Origin: Novakomyces olei
Lineage: Eukaryota
NCBI GenBank assembly: GCA_016906335.1
Contig: JADEYG010000015.1
Coordinates: 744,001-808,000, forward strand
Length of the DNA stretch: 64,000 nucleotides
Direction: 5' to 3'
The notes beneath the pieces are model-generated. The model saw only the letters and a program-made list of their open reading frames with translations, was not told the DNA's origin and ran no database searches. How positions within the stretch are numbered: position 1 is the stretch's first letter; each line of letters starts with the position of its first letter. This document shows, piece by piece, positions 34,182 through 47,686 of the stretch. The translations under genes and the position numbers were made by a program.

Positions 34182-37100
34182 TCAAGGCCGAATACTCGCA
34201 GACGGACGAGTGCCCATAGTCGAAGGCTCCCTGAAATGACACAAGTGGCAGACACTTTTGTCAGACCCAACTGGCCACCACCTCGGGGAGACATCAATCC
34301 CACAGCACGCACAGCTATAAACATTCATATCCACAAAGTTTGACAGGCACTCTTTGGCCCTTAGGGCCTTTGCCTCTTGCGTCTTGCGGAGGACTGTGGA
34401 CGGTGCACTACTCGTAACAAAGCCCTGCCTTTGTTGGACGTGAGCAGCGGCATTACGTGCATTACTGGCACTACGGCCATTAACCCCAATCTTCACCTCT
34501 GTGCCTTGTCGCTGGAGCACAATGTAAGCATTTAGTGCCGGCATCACGCCTTGCACACACTGAACCATCTGGAAAAGTGTTATTTCATTTTTATTCAATT
34601 TTTCACTTTTAATATGGGTTTCTGCCGGAGAAGATGGAGTAACAGACGACACTGGTTTTGGTGGCGCACCAGTAACTTTGCCTGCTGGCGGAACAAGCAC
34701 TAGGCTCTGTACACCAGATAAACGGCCGTTGACCGTCTTTACTATGGCATTTTGCCATTTTGGATCGCGACGGCCAGTTGCTATTTGCTCAGTGAGCCGG
34801 AAAGCCGGCCTGTAGCCAGCTTGCAAGAGACACATTACATGAGCAGGCCCCCACTCTTGCTGCAGACAGACTCCGCCTTCACGGAAGCAAAGACAGCATT
34901 TGCTCCGCCAGGTGCTGTAAGGCAGAGCTCCAATCTGCTCGACCGGTAGGAGACGCCTAGCATCGCCAAACGTCAGTTCTGTGACAAACAGGGCACAGGC
35001 GACGTGAGCCCAGTTATTGCCTGAAGTCCGTTTAAGCGCTCGATTAGTGTTGTGGTACGGCTGAGGGCATAGAACGCAAGTGTATACTGTAGAAGCAACC
35101 GGTGATTGCTCATTCGCACACGGATCACACTGCCAATGGTCGGCTCCTGCTAGTTCAACTCCGTAGCAGCCTGCATGGACTTGCATCCGGCAACTGTGGC
35201 AAGTCTGCATTGAATTCTGGTCGTCTGTACGGAAACAGACTGCACAGTGCATCAGCCTCGGAGGCGGAGAGGCAACTGACGATGATTGCAATTTTTTGGT
35301 ATGCTGTTTGGCGTTCGAAGAAGTTAAAGGGCTCAAAGGCTTTTCTTTTTCTCGTTCTTTTTCTCGTTCTTTTTGCCGCTCTTTCTCTTGGGCAACAAGC
35401 AAAGCTTCATCCATCATCTTTGCTTTCAAACGCCACCACGAATCACTCTTGCCTGCCTTTGCAGAATCGTCCATAGGCGGCTCCCATTTAACAGCGTACC
35501 GTCTCCATAGCTCGGCACAACGATTACACAGGGCTGATACGACAGTGGCACTTACATTGCCATCAGCGTCTGTTATTTTAACATCCGCCAGCCCAGGAGC
35601 CTTGCGCCAGCGCTTGCTGCTGCCTGTTCCACAGAATTTGCATTTAAAAACAACTTGGACGGCCTTTGGACTATCGTAAGCCGACTCGTCACTCTCGTCC
35701 CCGATTTCGGTGTCCCCAAGGACCCTGTCTCCGAGCCTTTCCCTTCTTTTTAGTTTCTTTGCTGCTTCGTCAGTGCCTTGAACAGAACTGTCTCCGGCTG
35801 CCTTGCGACTTGAGGGCTTGCGGCCTTCAAAATTGCCCCAGATCTTGCGGCCCTGTGGAGTCTTTTTCCACATGTAATAGAACCGTACTACTTGCCCAGT
35901 AGGCCGGGTCCCTACGAGTTTAACTACAGGGTAAAGCTCGCTGCCGTGCAGGCTCACACCCTGCTCAAACCGAGCAATTTCGTCTGGCTCCAAATCAGGC
36001 TCAGACAGGTCTTTTCGCTGCAATGTTGTCTGCAATTGAGCGAGCGCGGATTGTGCATTGAACCTGCAGGCACTCAGTGTCTGCAGGACAATATCAAGAA
36101 AATTCGTATTCGTCGAAGGCACTCCCAGTCGAGCAGCCAGTGGTACAACTGCCTCGAGAAAGGAGGGGACTACTTCATCTCCTGGCCCAGGCTTGTAAAG
36201 AAGAGTGGACGTCGCCTCACTGCCCCGAGAAATATAGCCCTTCGGCCTGGGCTGAAGCCAAGCAGGCCGATCAGTAACGCCTTCATCATCACCCTCCTGA
36301 CTCTCCTGCTCGGCCTCTTGATCAGCATCTTGCTCAGCGTGCCTTTGACGGGTCCATTCTCGTCGCTTTTGATTGGCTGAACGGCCTCGAAAGACAGGGC
36401 TCGATTTGTTATTTGCTGTGGGTGTATAGTATTCCACAGCGTGCCCATGCCACTCGGGAACATCTGCCTGGAATCGGGAAGAGATCCGTGAGGCTGCCCG
36501 AGGGTATATATGATCGTCATACTCCACTACGTCGTTTATGGCACAGTGCTCGCCAAGGTACCGGAACGGCCATTGCCCGAATTGTTTCGAGTCCACATCA
36601 GCGTCCGATTTAGATAAGGTACCGGCAACGGACCGCGATTCTGACCGGGACTCTGATCGGGACTCTGATCGGGATTCGGCCCTAGATATAGTAGCTGATT
36701 CATCTATTTGATTATGCAGTTCGATATCTGGCTCTATTTTGCGAACGTGGTATTGCTCTGACTGCTTTGGTGCAGTAGATGCTGCTGCTGCTTTGCTTTC
36801 GCCCGCTAATCGCTGAGAACTGCGTAGGACAGGATAAAGCGTTGGTGACGATTCTGCAGTTGAAACTGCCGCTGAACCTGCCGAGGGGGAAACACTATCA
36901 GCTTCATCCACTGGCTTCCGTAATACTCCGCTGCGTTTGATATCGGGCGCCTGGTTGGCCTCCACGCGTCGACGCTCCTCTGCAGTACAACGCTCACACG
37001 TCCAACCAAATCCACGTGGCGGCTTACGAGCTAAAGGTGGTTGAACACATTTTAAATGGTAATCTGCCTTGCAAATAGCACACCGGACAGACTCTGCAGG

Positions 37101-38192
37101 AGCGCACCAGAGACTGCATACACAGCAGCCTCTCTCTGCCATACAAAGCTCTTTACTCCGACCCGGTTCCACTAATACAAACTGCCATCGCGACCTTAGC
37201 GCTTGCAAGACGTGTCTGGGCACGTTTGCTATTCGCTCTGTGGGTACTACGTCATAGAACCGTTGAATGTACCGGTCATACAACTTTTCGTACCAAAAAC
37301 TGTCGGGCTGCCTTCGATACACGTCCATGTCTTTAATATGAGCACGATGCGTTACATGGCAATGGCCACGTAACGCGCCAATAGGGCACACGTCTGTGTG
37401 CATGCACGCAAATAGTAAACGCGTGTCCGCGTTGCGACGAAGAATGTCGCGCGGACGATAGAACCAGTTTATTCGAACACTCCAATTGTACTTTCCACTT
37501 TCTTGTTGATCTCCATCTTCGTCTTGTTCACCGTCTTGTTCACCGGTTTTGTCAGGGGGTTTGTTCCTTATAAATTCCATAACCCGACCAATGTGATACG
37601 GCTCACCTGGCGGCTCTGCTACCAGGTAGACAGTGTCTGTAGTATTAGATGTCCATTTATTTATTTAAATTATAATTGTAATTGTAATTTTCATTTTCAT
37701 TTTTCTGTTTGTTTTTGTTCTCGTTTAAGTTTCCGTGCTTTTTCTGTTTTTTTTTTCCCAAAAGGGCCTGTCCTTGTTTAAAATTTCCCCTTCTCTTGAA
37801 TTCATCTCCCTTCTCTGTTTCCTGGTCTATTTTTCGAAAACGACAAAACCTTTCCTTAAATCTTTCCAAATTTCTCTGTTTATCTTACCATTAACACGAA
37901 CGATTTGACCGGGCCCGATAGAGCAGACTAGACTTTCTTCATCTGCGCTCATACGCGGGTACTTTATTGTAGAATTTGATAAGCGATTATTGCTTTTGTA
38001 AGGACTCGCCGGAGAGAATGCCTCTTTTCTTTTGCGATCATTGTCTGACTGTTGACTTGAAGGCACAGGATCTTGCAATGAGAGCGATTTTGGTGGGCGT
38101 CCGCGTCGACGCTCGCCATTGCTGCCAGAAGCTGATGGTTTGCTATTAATTCCTGGCGGCCGACCGCGGCCGCGTTTAATACTAATTGACAT
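34182..38192 (-). CDS. SNT2: Snt2-like chromatin protein (AT-hooks, BAH, PHD, ELM2, SANT, GATA-like, PHD)
   Basis: Exon 1 has two AT-hooks (RGRGRPP, RRGRPPK); intron 37637-37888; DTVYLVAEPPGEPYHIGRVMEF, NWFYRPRD, WPFRYLG, YPRAASRI, FYYMWKK, LKRTSGNNWAHVAC. Confidence 0.93.
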
Positions 38193-38592
38193 TTCCTTCA
38201 CCCTTAAAATATATGTACAGTACTAGAGATTTAAGGCCTTGGTAGAAGCACGCGTCTGATGTCAACTCATGCTTTTGTCGGTAATTATCAAGAAATCTGG
38301 GTGCATTGGTGAAGCATCAGCTGTGAAGCATGAATTCTGCATACATTATAATTTACTAATTAAATATTTAAACAATTTATTCAAAATTATTATGGCTTAA
38401 CTTAAATTTCATTGTTATTCATTGTTATTCATTTTTGTCCATTTTTGTCCATTTTTGTCCATTTTTATTCATTTTTATTTCATGATTAGTTCTATTCTTA
38501 TTGCTTTTAGTTTCATATCCATTTTATCGCTAATTTTATTCCTTATATCTTATAGCATGTTTTTAGTATAATGTGACTCGAATCAGTGCAGC

Positions 38593-39926
38593 ATGGCCGG
38601 CATCTGGAACAGCGTTTCAGAATGCATTGGCGGCTGTTTTGGTGCAAAAGGCCCTTCAGTACCATCGACAGTGCAGATTAATGGTAAAAAATATCGAATC
38701 CTACGACTTCTCGGTCAAGGCGGCTTTAGCTATGTGTATTTAGCGCAGCAGGATAGCACAACGCCATTGGTAGCAGTGAAGAAAGTTCCATGTCCTTTTG
38801 GCCAAGAAAGCCTGGACAAAGCAATGAAGGAAGTGGAGGCGTACCGTCGGTTTCGCCATCAGTCAATTATACATTGTATAGACTATGCCGTTGTGCAAGA
38901 AGGCAATAGCACACAAACAGTGTACATGGTGCTGCCGTATTATCAGGTATGTGGGAGATATTTGCAAACGTTGCCTCGATGAATTGTGCATAAATTACTG
39001 TTGTATACGTTTCTCTTTCTTGTTTTTTTTTTTTTTTTTTCGCTTTTTTTAATGCTAACTTATTCAGAAAGGCAATCTCCAGGACGCCATCAACAAGTGC
39101 GTTGTTGAAGGCACAAGGCTTCCCGAAAAAACAATTGTTCATTGGTTTCGCGAACTCTGTCGCGCTGTAGAGCACATGCATTACCATCGGCTGCAAGCTC
39201 AAACATTGTCAGCCGTAGATTCTACCGATGCTATTCAAGACGACACCTCATCAACGATGCCATTAATAGCTTCGGAATCAGAGTATTTGTCGGCGCATGG
39301 AGCTAAAGAAGGCGACTATCTCCCGTTTGCTCATCGCGATATTAAACCTGGGAATGTTATGATAGACCAGGTGCACAACACTGTCGTGTTGATGGATTTT
39401 GGGTCTACAGTACCGGCACGGCAACATATTCTTACCCGACAACAGGCATTAGAAGTACAGGATACGGCAGCAGAGAACTCTACAATGCCTTACCGTGCTC
39501 CTGAACTGGTATTTTTGTTTGGTCTTTTGCCATTGACTAACCAATAGTTTGACTGTAAAACTGGAAGTGATATAACAGAGAAAACAGATATATGGGTATT
39601 TATTTATTAATTTTCTAGTCTTTGAAGTGTTTTCCGTATTGCCTTGTCTAATTTTCCAGAGCTTGGGCTGCCTCTTATATGCTCTCATGTATTTACATTC
39701 GCCTTTTGAGACGGCAGATACGGCAGAGCAGGGCGGGAGTATTGCATTAGCAGTGCTTAATGGGAGATACCCAATGCCTCAAGACGAGGATGAACCAAAC
39801 GGAAGTGAAAGACACTATTCGCGTCGGCTGAAGAACATTGTGAGAGCGTGTCTGCAAGTAGATCCTGCCGAGCGGCCAGACGTGCGGCAGCTTTTACGTG
39901 CTTTAAATGTAGCAGATTCTGGATGA
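38593..39926 (+). CDS. ENV7: STK16/Env7-family Ser/Thr kinase
   Basis: LGQGGFSYVY, HRDIKPGN, MDFGS, TMPYRAPELFD; N-terminal Cys residues; introns 38947-39067, 39509-39547, 39596-39659. Confidence 0.9.
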
Positions 39927-40240
39927 TTTATGATATACTTCTCGCGGCAGGTATGTGAGATTATAAAACGGGATGAAGACGCGCGCTTCATAAATTACAG
40001 ATCACTGGTTGCCTTTTTTTGTATATGCATCTTTCTTCTGGTTATGACATTCTAATGGTTTTTCTCAGAGATAATTTCGTTGAAGTCCGATAAGAGTCTT
40101 AAACGCTCCTTCCGATTCCAGGTTTTAGTCATCGTTTTCCGTTCTTATTCTAAAGAATATAACAATAATAGACGTTGATTTTCTTTTCTGTATCATATTT
40201 ATAAATTTTTGTCTACTCTTTTTCAATGCAATATCCCCCG

Positions 40241-41570
40241 CTACTCATCCTGGCCCGGAATTGTGGCTACTGGCGTACCCGCGGACGAAAAATGCCAACT
40301 ACCCGCTAGAAGAAGCAAGCCAGAGATGACGAAACCGGCAAGTAAAACGGCTTTGGTAACCTTTGAAGCCTTGCGAAATTTAAATATCGCATTCTCCACA
40401 TTGTGTTTCAACTGTTCGGCTCCCAACTTGTAGTATAAAAGCCCCAATAGTGCGATAGAATATCCCGCCAACTGCAGAGCAGACACTGGAGAATGCCAGA
40501 TAAGCACACTTGCGCATACGAGCAGGATATCCTTAAGGACACCTGATAGTGTGAGTACAAGAGACGATGTTTTGCCTATCAAAAAGACAACGGCGATATT
40601 GAGACAAAGGGCGACTGCAGCATTGCATACTAGCGAGACTAAACCAACCTGTTGGATAGCCTGTAGAGAAAGCCGACGGCCTTCAAAAATGAGACAGCAA
40701 ACTGCATTCATACACGCACAAACAGGGGCAAAATAGTAGAGAGAAACGAGCGGATCCATCTTGAATTCTGCCGAGCTTAGCAATTGTTGCACAAGTGCAA
40801 GACGAACTGATTCAAACATGATCCCAGCCACTTGGAACATGACGCCAATAGTAACAAAATGAATCTCTCCATAACTGGCAATAATGACTCCGAGAACAAT
40901 TATGCTCACGTTGAACAGCACACGCATATCGAACTTTGCTAGTCGCATTGTCCAAGTGACTCCGAGGACTGCCACCGGAGTTGTAGCCTTTAGCATTTGA
41001 ATGAATGAAACTGAGAGGTATAAATAAGCGACGTTGGAGCAGATAAGGCTGAGACTGAAAAACGCTCCTATAGGAACAATAGCTCGTAAATAAACTGCTC
41101 CTGACATAGGCACAGCGAAACGCCCGTCGAGTAAATGTGTAGTGCGGGCCATAATCTGTGTAGCAATGCTGGCGAATATTAAATGCCAGGTAGTTAGAGC
41201 GATAGGAAAGCCTGGCTGTTAGCAAAGCCATATTCAGGAGAAGATAACGGCGATTTGCAAAATTCAAGATGACGAAACACTGAAATAAATAAAAAAATGA
41301 CGACAACAGTTAGAACATACTAAACCCCGCTGAATCAAGGACCCATTTGTTATACAGGATAACACTGCCGGAGAAAAAGATCCATACAGCAACGTAAACG
41401 GCCGCTGGGATACTTTTTCGTTTAGGATCGACGAGGGATGGTTCTAACGTCTGCGCCACTGCAACGGGCTTGCCAGAACTGGTTTCCTTGTTCGCGATAG
41501 GATCCAAACTGATATCATCATTAGCCTCGTCATGCCCTCTTTCCAGATCTGAGCGCCTGTCGTCCGCCAT
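40241..41570 (-). CDS. Triose-phosphate/nucleotide-sugar transporter family membrane protein
   Basis: VILYNKW; intron 41212-41320; FPIALTTWH, YLYLSVSFIQMLKA, MDPLVSLYYFAP, LTLSGVLKDILL. Confidence 0.9.
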
Positions 41571-43280
41571 TTGCCGAGGATGTCTCTAGTTGGATTACTT
41601 TCCCAGTCCTAATGTTATATATATGTGGGTTATTGAGAGTGGCAGGCATTGGAATTAAAGTGGAATATCGCTTTCCTATCGGCTCGTACGTATTACATAT
41701 GTTTAATGTTACAAGTTTGGCATTTAGCACAAATATTTCCTCGCGTAATTTCGCAGTATAGTCAGAGTGCTGTATATAGTAGTAGAGTAAACATGCGAGG
41801 GTACGAGGAGTCTAAATTAATGTGCGAGTATATAACCTAATGTATGTAATGTATTGGCAAATTGGGTCCTTCTCTATACCTTTTTGCCCCTGCGACTCGC
41901 TTTTATAACGTTTATTTCACAGCCGTCAATGTCAAATATATGGTGACTCTACACGTGCGCGGTGCTACTCGTATCATTTGCACCGGCTTACTTTGCCCTA
42001 AAGTACCATTGCACTTGCGGATTAAGTACCAAATAAAATGGTGCACTCATGATTCACTCTACTAAAATTGGATATAGTCACACGACAAATTTAGGTAGTA
42101 GCACAGGTCCCGGTACTTTAGATCTAACTAGTGTACTACGATAAGCCGCAATCTTAGACCGTTGCTCGTCTGCACCCTTAAACTAAGCCGCAGGTTTATC
42201 TAGCGGGAATTTTTATTGCTGCTTGCTTATACCCTAAATGTACTACAAAGTGATAAAAAGTAAGCTCTTGCTGTAAGTCTGCCTGTAATGCTCGAGTGCG
42301 GCGCAATTGGCGAGTTGTTAGCACGAGTACTCTACGTCAAATCTGAAATTGATAATTTATAATTAGACTTTTCGTTTCTTAGATTCACCATGTAACCTTT
42401 TTATCTCGATACAGCACGTAAAGCTTAAACTCTATTCGGCCATTGAGATATAATGGCTCGCATGAATATACTCGACGTTGACCGCTGCAACCTTTCCCCT
42501 TGCATGTCAGCTCTGTACAGTGCGGCGATTGTCCGGATCCATATATTGTCAGAATAATTTGGGAAATTATACGCTATTATGCGGGGCAGAGTCCAACTGG
42601 AGATTTGAATGTATTACAAGAATATTGGGAGAATTTGAATGACAAGTTCAACCTGTATTGGCACCTTTCTGGTTATGCTATTTTGGATGCCTGCGAAGGC
42701 TTTGGCTATTTTGGTCGCCTGTCATCATACATTGTGCCTGAACCTTTAGAGTTCTAGTCAGGAAATATATCAGTCAAATCTGCTTGGATATATGCCAAAG
42801 AACTATTAGCATTTCTAATTTTATCCTTTATAAGCATGCTATTGTCTGTATAATAAGTGCTTAAATTATCATAAATAAGCGTATTGCAATTTATCTTCAA
42901 CTTTCAAGATAATTTATAATATGTAGAATCATTAAAATTAAGGTTAATTCTACTAAATAAAGCGCATCAAGTCATTATTTGATCCTTGGTGTGCACTACG
43001 TACGCCCTTTTGTCGCAGTTATTTTATTTTTTTACTTTTCTATTTTGCTTTCCTTTGGAATATTTACGTAGATTAGCATTATGAACAATAATCTAACAGT
43101 CACAATAACCACATACAATTAGTAGACGAGTAGGCATCCAAGAGCTCTAACGTACGTAGGATATTACTTCTGTCTAGGCCTTCTGCCAATGCATGAGCCT
43201 TTTATGACAAAGATGTCTCGATTAAAATAGAAAATACATGAATGGGTGCATTTGTATAAAAACTATTCTTTTAAACATAC

Positions 43281-45449
43281 TCAGTGAGTATTGCCCATAT
43301 CGCCCATGCTGGACTTGGCAGACTCAATAAACTCATTTGGAACTTTGAGACGGTATACTTTACCATCTAGTTTGCTCTTAAATGCATATGCCCAGCTCGT
43401 TGCATCAATGCGTTGCCATACACGGCACGCGCTATCTGATTCGCCGCACTTTGTTTTTCCGGCTTTTTGTGCAAAAGACGACTTTACGCTATTCTGTTCT
43501 GCACTTTTCGTAGCAGCCTCGGGGCCTCGGAATACCTTTGGCAGACCACACTGTGAGCAAACGTTGATGGTACAACTTCCGCATAGAGGGCAGCACACGG
43601 ACCCGTGACCATCAGGCTTTGTGTCTACACTTCCTGTCTGCTCTACACGGTCTCCGCATTCATGGCCATGTGTCAGTTGTCCAATAGTGCACGATCCAAT
43701 ATTAACACGTCCCATCCTAATACACCTGCCTCCACAATGACAATGCCGGTTGTCTGGGAGCAAAGTCCTATCGCCCGAAGAGCCGTCTGGCAAAGCTTCA
43801 ACCGTCATATTGTACTCGTCCAACCGGGTCTCGGACCCGTCTGTTTTCGGCCCCGTCTCTGTATCGGAAGCATTTAAAGATTGATCCATTTGGTCCATGG
43901 CTGCATTAGCATGAGAAGTCTGAGAACCAGAATTGCCAGTTTCCTCATCACTGCCGCTGCCTTTGTTATCAGAGCCAACCTGATCAGGTGCCGTGTATGG
44001 CGAAAGATCATCGCCGAGTGGAATAGACTCATACACCAGGCTTCCCATCTTTTGCCTGGAACGGCTTGGCTCTGAAAAACTGCTCTCCCCATCAGGGCTC
44101 GTAAACTCTTTAGAGTCAGCGTACGAGTTAGAGTCTTTTGTTCCTTGAGCGTCGAGGCGTTCGAGCCACGACTCAACCCTTTGCGCTCCCGAATCTTTCG
44201 ATGCGCTCTGATCGTCCGCTGTAGCTCCCGACGAGGACTGATCTATCGGGATACGCGACCAATCAATATCCCATGAGACAAGCGCATCCTTTTCCTGGCC
44301 CAACATTTTTCTTTCACCGCCAGCATGCGCTGGCCAGTCTGAATTTTGTGCGCCATTGCTACTGCCCTCTTCATACAGGATTTGTTCACCTCCGTGGACG
44401 ATAACACGAGGTGTCCAGTCCGGTTGAGAGTTGTTTTGAGAATCGTAGCTATTACTACCGTTTGCAGCAAGCTGACCGTCTCCGTCGTTATGCACAATGA
44501 CCCGTGGCTCCCATTGTCGGTGAGAGTCTTGGCCAGAGTCTTTGCCAGAGTCTTGGCCAGAGTCTTGATTAGAGCCGTACTGATCTGCATCGGGTTGGAA
44601 TCCTTGATGCCGATTGAGATTGTATGGAAAAGACTGGGCCGAGCTACTGCCCGGCTGACCATCGTTTGGGTCATTTAGTATTGCTACATCGTTGCCGTGT
44701 ACCACAATCTTTGGCAACCAAAGGTCAGTGGAATCGGTCAAAGACTCAGATTGAGGTTCATTTTTGCCTGACTCTAGGCAGGAATCCTCAGATCCTCCAG
44801 TATAACAGACATCATGGTTTTTGTTTCCATTTGCGCTGCTTGCCAAATATCGAGTGTGCCCGTTAGCACCCTCTTGTAAGCGTCCATAAGTGCCCATGTT
44901 GCTGTCACTCTTTCCGTCGGTAGAGTCAGAGTCTGAAGACCCGGAATCCTTGTAACGGCCATCGTAGTGGCCAGAGTGATCAGCAGCCGAGGATACACCA
45001 TTATTGTTTCCTTGTCTGTAGTTATGGCGAGCAGCTGAGCCATGCTGAGGGTTACTCTCCTCTTCAGCCGAGTACTCTGTGCTATCTACATATGAAGAAG
45101 TAGCACTGCCCGACCCAGATTCGCAGCTGTCGCAGCTTTCGGAGCTAGAGTCGAAAGTACCCGTACTATCGCTCTCACTTGAAACCGAAGAAGACTGCAA
45201 GGTGCTATCCCGCCTGCGATGACTATGAGCAGACGGCAACTCCTTATCTAGCACCTCGTTTGCATCTTGCCCACTAGCCAAAATGGTCGCCTGTACTCTC
45301 ACGTCTTGGCTACCAGACTCGGCCTTGTGCTTTGTTATAATGGGTCCAGAACGAGACGCGCCCGTTGGAAACTCGGGCAGACTTAATCCAGATCCAAAGT
45401 CTAGTGCCGCCAGTGCCAGAAAAGCCAACAGCCTATGCTTTAGTCGCAT
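43281..45449 (-). CDS. Orphan secreted Ser/Asp/Gly-rich protein with Cys/His-rich C-terminal region
   Basis: 722-aa ORF, signal peptide MRLKHRLLAFLALAALDFGSG, RRR site, three W-x-P-[KR]-[IV]-[IV]-V-H repeats. No family recognised. Confidence 0.75.
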   Translation of the reverse strand: MRLKHRLLAFLALAALDFGSGLSLPEFPTGASRSGPIITKHKAESGSQDVRVQATILASGQDANEVLDKELPSAHSHRRRDSTLQSSSVSSESDSTGTFDSSSESCDSCESGSGSATSSYVDSTEYSAEEESNPQHGSAARHNYRQGNNNGVSSAADHSGHYDGRYKDSGSSDSDSTDGKSDSNMGTYGRLQEGANGHTRYLASSANGNKNHDVCYTGGSEDSCLESGKNEPQSESLTDSTDLWLPKIVVHGNDVAILNDPNDGQPGSSSAQSFPYNLNRHQGFQPDADQYGSNQDSGQDSGKDSGQDSHRQWEPRVIVHNDGDGQLAANGSNSYDSQNNSQPDWTPRVIVHGGEQILYEEGSSNGAQNSDWPAHAGGERKMLGQEKDALVSWDIDWSRIPIDQSSSGATADDQSASKDSGAQRVESWLERLDAQGTKDSNSYADSKEFTSPDGESSFSEPSRSRQKMGSLVYESIPLGDDLSPYTAPDQVGSDNKGSGSDEETGNSGSQTSHANAAMDQMDQSLNASDTETGPKTDGSETRLDEYNMTVEALPDGSSGDRTLLPDNRHCHCGGRCIRMGRVNIGSCTIGQLTHGHECGDRVEQTGSVDTKPDGHGSVCCPLCGSCTINVCSQCGLPKVFRGPEAATKSAEQNSVKSSFAQKAGKTKCGESDSACRVWQRIDATSWAYAFKSKLDGKVYRLKVPNEFIESAKSSMGDMGNTH

Positions 45450-45777
45450 AACGAAGTCAGCCCATGCAGCGTGTAGGTCAATGGTCGCATCACGAAACGT
45501 TATATCAGCAATAAAGACCTCATTTGCGCCATGTGACCCAGAGTCGTAAGGATAGAGCTATCTATCCATTGGCCCACGTGACACGTACATATCGCAATTT
45601 TACAAAGATACTTGGATTCGTACGAGCATTATTTTATATAGGCCAAACGACAGTAGAGCGGAGACGCATCGTGGAGCGGCCGAATGCCAACGACTCGTCA
45701 ATGGCTTCAGCCAAAGAAGCAGTTTGCGTAGAACGTTGAGTCATTGTCTCGACGTAGTAGCCTACATGATCTGGCGT

Positions 45778-45877
45778 ATAATAAATACAATAAATAATTA
45801 ATAAATACAATAATTAATAAATACAATAATTAATAAATACAATAATTAATAAATACAATAATTAATAAATACAATAA
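45778..45877. repeat. 16-bp AT-rich repeat (AATAATTAATAAATAC)
   Basis: Visible just upstream of MPE1. Confidence 0.9.
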
Positions 45878-45925
45878 GTAGAACAAATTTGTAAAAATAC
45901 ACGCACGACGCTCGTTGTCCACGAC

Positions 45926-47393
45926 ATGTCATCGAGTATATACTACAAGTTCAAGTCGCACAAGGAGCCGAGCCGAATCACGTTCGAGGGCACCTCCGGT
46001 CTCAGCGTGTTTGATGTGAAACGGGAGATTATCCAGAAGAGTCGGCTTGTCGATAGCGTGTCTGACTTTGATATTGTTATATACAATGCAGATACGAACG
46101 AAGGTAAAGATATACGTGGCGATCTAATACGCTGACTAAACAGAATACACGGATGATACGTCAGTGATCCCGCGAAGTACGAGTATCGTCGTGAAAAGGC
46201 TACCGGCCGCTCGTCGTGGCCATGGCAACGCGGCCCTGTACATTACTGGCGAGATGCCTACGACTAGTCGGGCACGTATGGAGTTTGCCAAGAGAATGCA
46301 GCAGCAGCAGCAGCAATCTCAGCCCTTCCGGCCTCAGTCTGAACTGCGATCTTTCCCAAAGACGAACGGTACTGCGGAGGATGCCGCAATTGCAGCGATG
46401 TTGGAGCACTCGTCCTCTCAATGGGAACAGGCTCAATCACAAATGGCTAATGCTACGCCTGTTTATTCACGGCGGCCGGGCGCTGCAGTGGCTAATGTTC
46501 CAGACAGGCCGCCACCACCAGGGTACGTATGCTATCGGTGTGGTCAAAAGGGCCACTGGATCCAAGCCTGCCCTACTAATAACGACCCTGACTGGGACGG
46601 GCGGCCCAAGGTTAAGCGGACAACAGGTATTCCCAAAACGCTGTTGACTAAAGTGGGAGACCCACGTTTGGCAGCTGAATCGGACAACGTAATGGTAAAC
46701 GCGGAGGGCGAGTATGTGCAAGCCCTACCTGACTCTCGTGCTTGGGAGAAATACCAGAAACAGCTGCAGAAACCAAAGACGCCGGCTGATGTATTTAATC
46801 AGCCTTTATCTGAAGAGCAAGAAGGGCTGGCGTGTGCTCACTGCCAAAAATTACTACGTGATGCGGTTCGCACACCGTGTTGTAAGACACTTTATTGTGA
46901 TGAATGTATTCAGCAGGCACTTTTAGACTCGGACTTTGTGTGTCCAAAGTGTGGAACTCGTGATATCTGGCTAGACAGGCTGGTGCCTGACGAGGGAGTT
47001 CGAGCCAGTGTTTTACAGCATGTACGAAAAGTGCTTGGTTTACCTGAAGATGCGCCAATTGAAATCGATAAAAAGGAAACGGAAGCTCGTACTAAAGCTC
47101 CTCCGGCTAGTGCAAAACGCAATGCTCGAGATTTTGAGCCTAACGATTTAGCGTTGCTCGCAAGCGCTTGGCCTCCAGAGTTTCAGAATATTCCTGGATT
47201 TATGGAGGCACTGAAATCAGGTCTAGTGCCCCCACCACCCCCGCCTGGTATGCTCGGGTCAGGAAACCCTTTTGCCATGAGCATGCCGGGTATGCCGGGT
47301 ATGCCGAGTATGCCGGGAATTCCAGCGTTCCCCCAGCAACGATATGGCCAGGTTGACGGTCAGCGTGATGCGAAACGATTCAAATCGACGTAA
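45926..47393 (+). CDS. MPE1: Cleavage/polyadenylation factor Mpe1 (RBBP6)
   Basis: DWNN domain (SSIYYKFKS), intron 46104-46143, zinc knuckle CYRCGQKGHWIQACPT, KRTTGIPK, RING-like domain. Confidence 0.95.
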
Positions 47394-47596
47394 TTGACTT
47401 TCTTATATTTTGTACTTTTTTGAAATGTTGGCACGGGCAAATGGGCAATACAATCATGGGCAATAGAACATTTTGATTTACGGCATTGCATTACAAGCAT
47501 TCTTTAGCAATGGATCTAGTAGCAATAATGAAGGCATTTTATTCATGTTGACATAGAGACCAAGGAAAGGACTAATATAAGCATTATTTAGAGTGA

Positions 47597-47597
47597 G

Positions 47598-47686
<89 letters not shown>
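47597..47686. repeat. (GATT)n microsatellite
   Basis: Directly visible. Confidence 0.95.
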
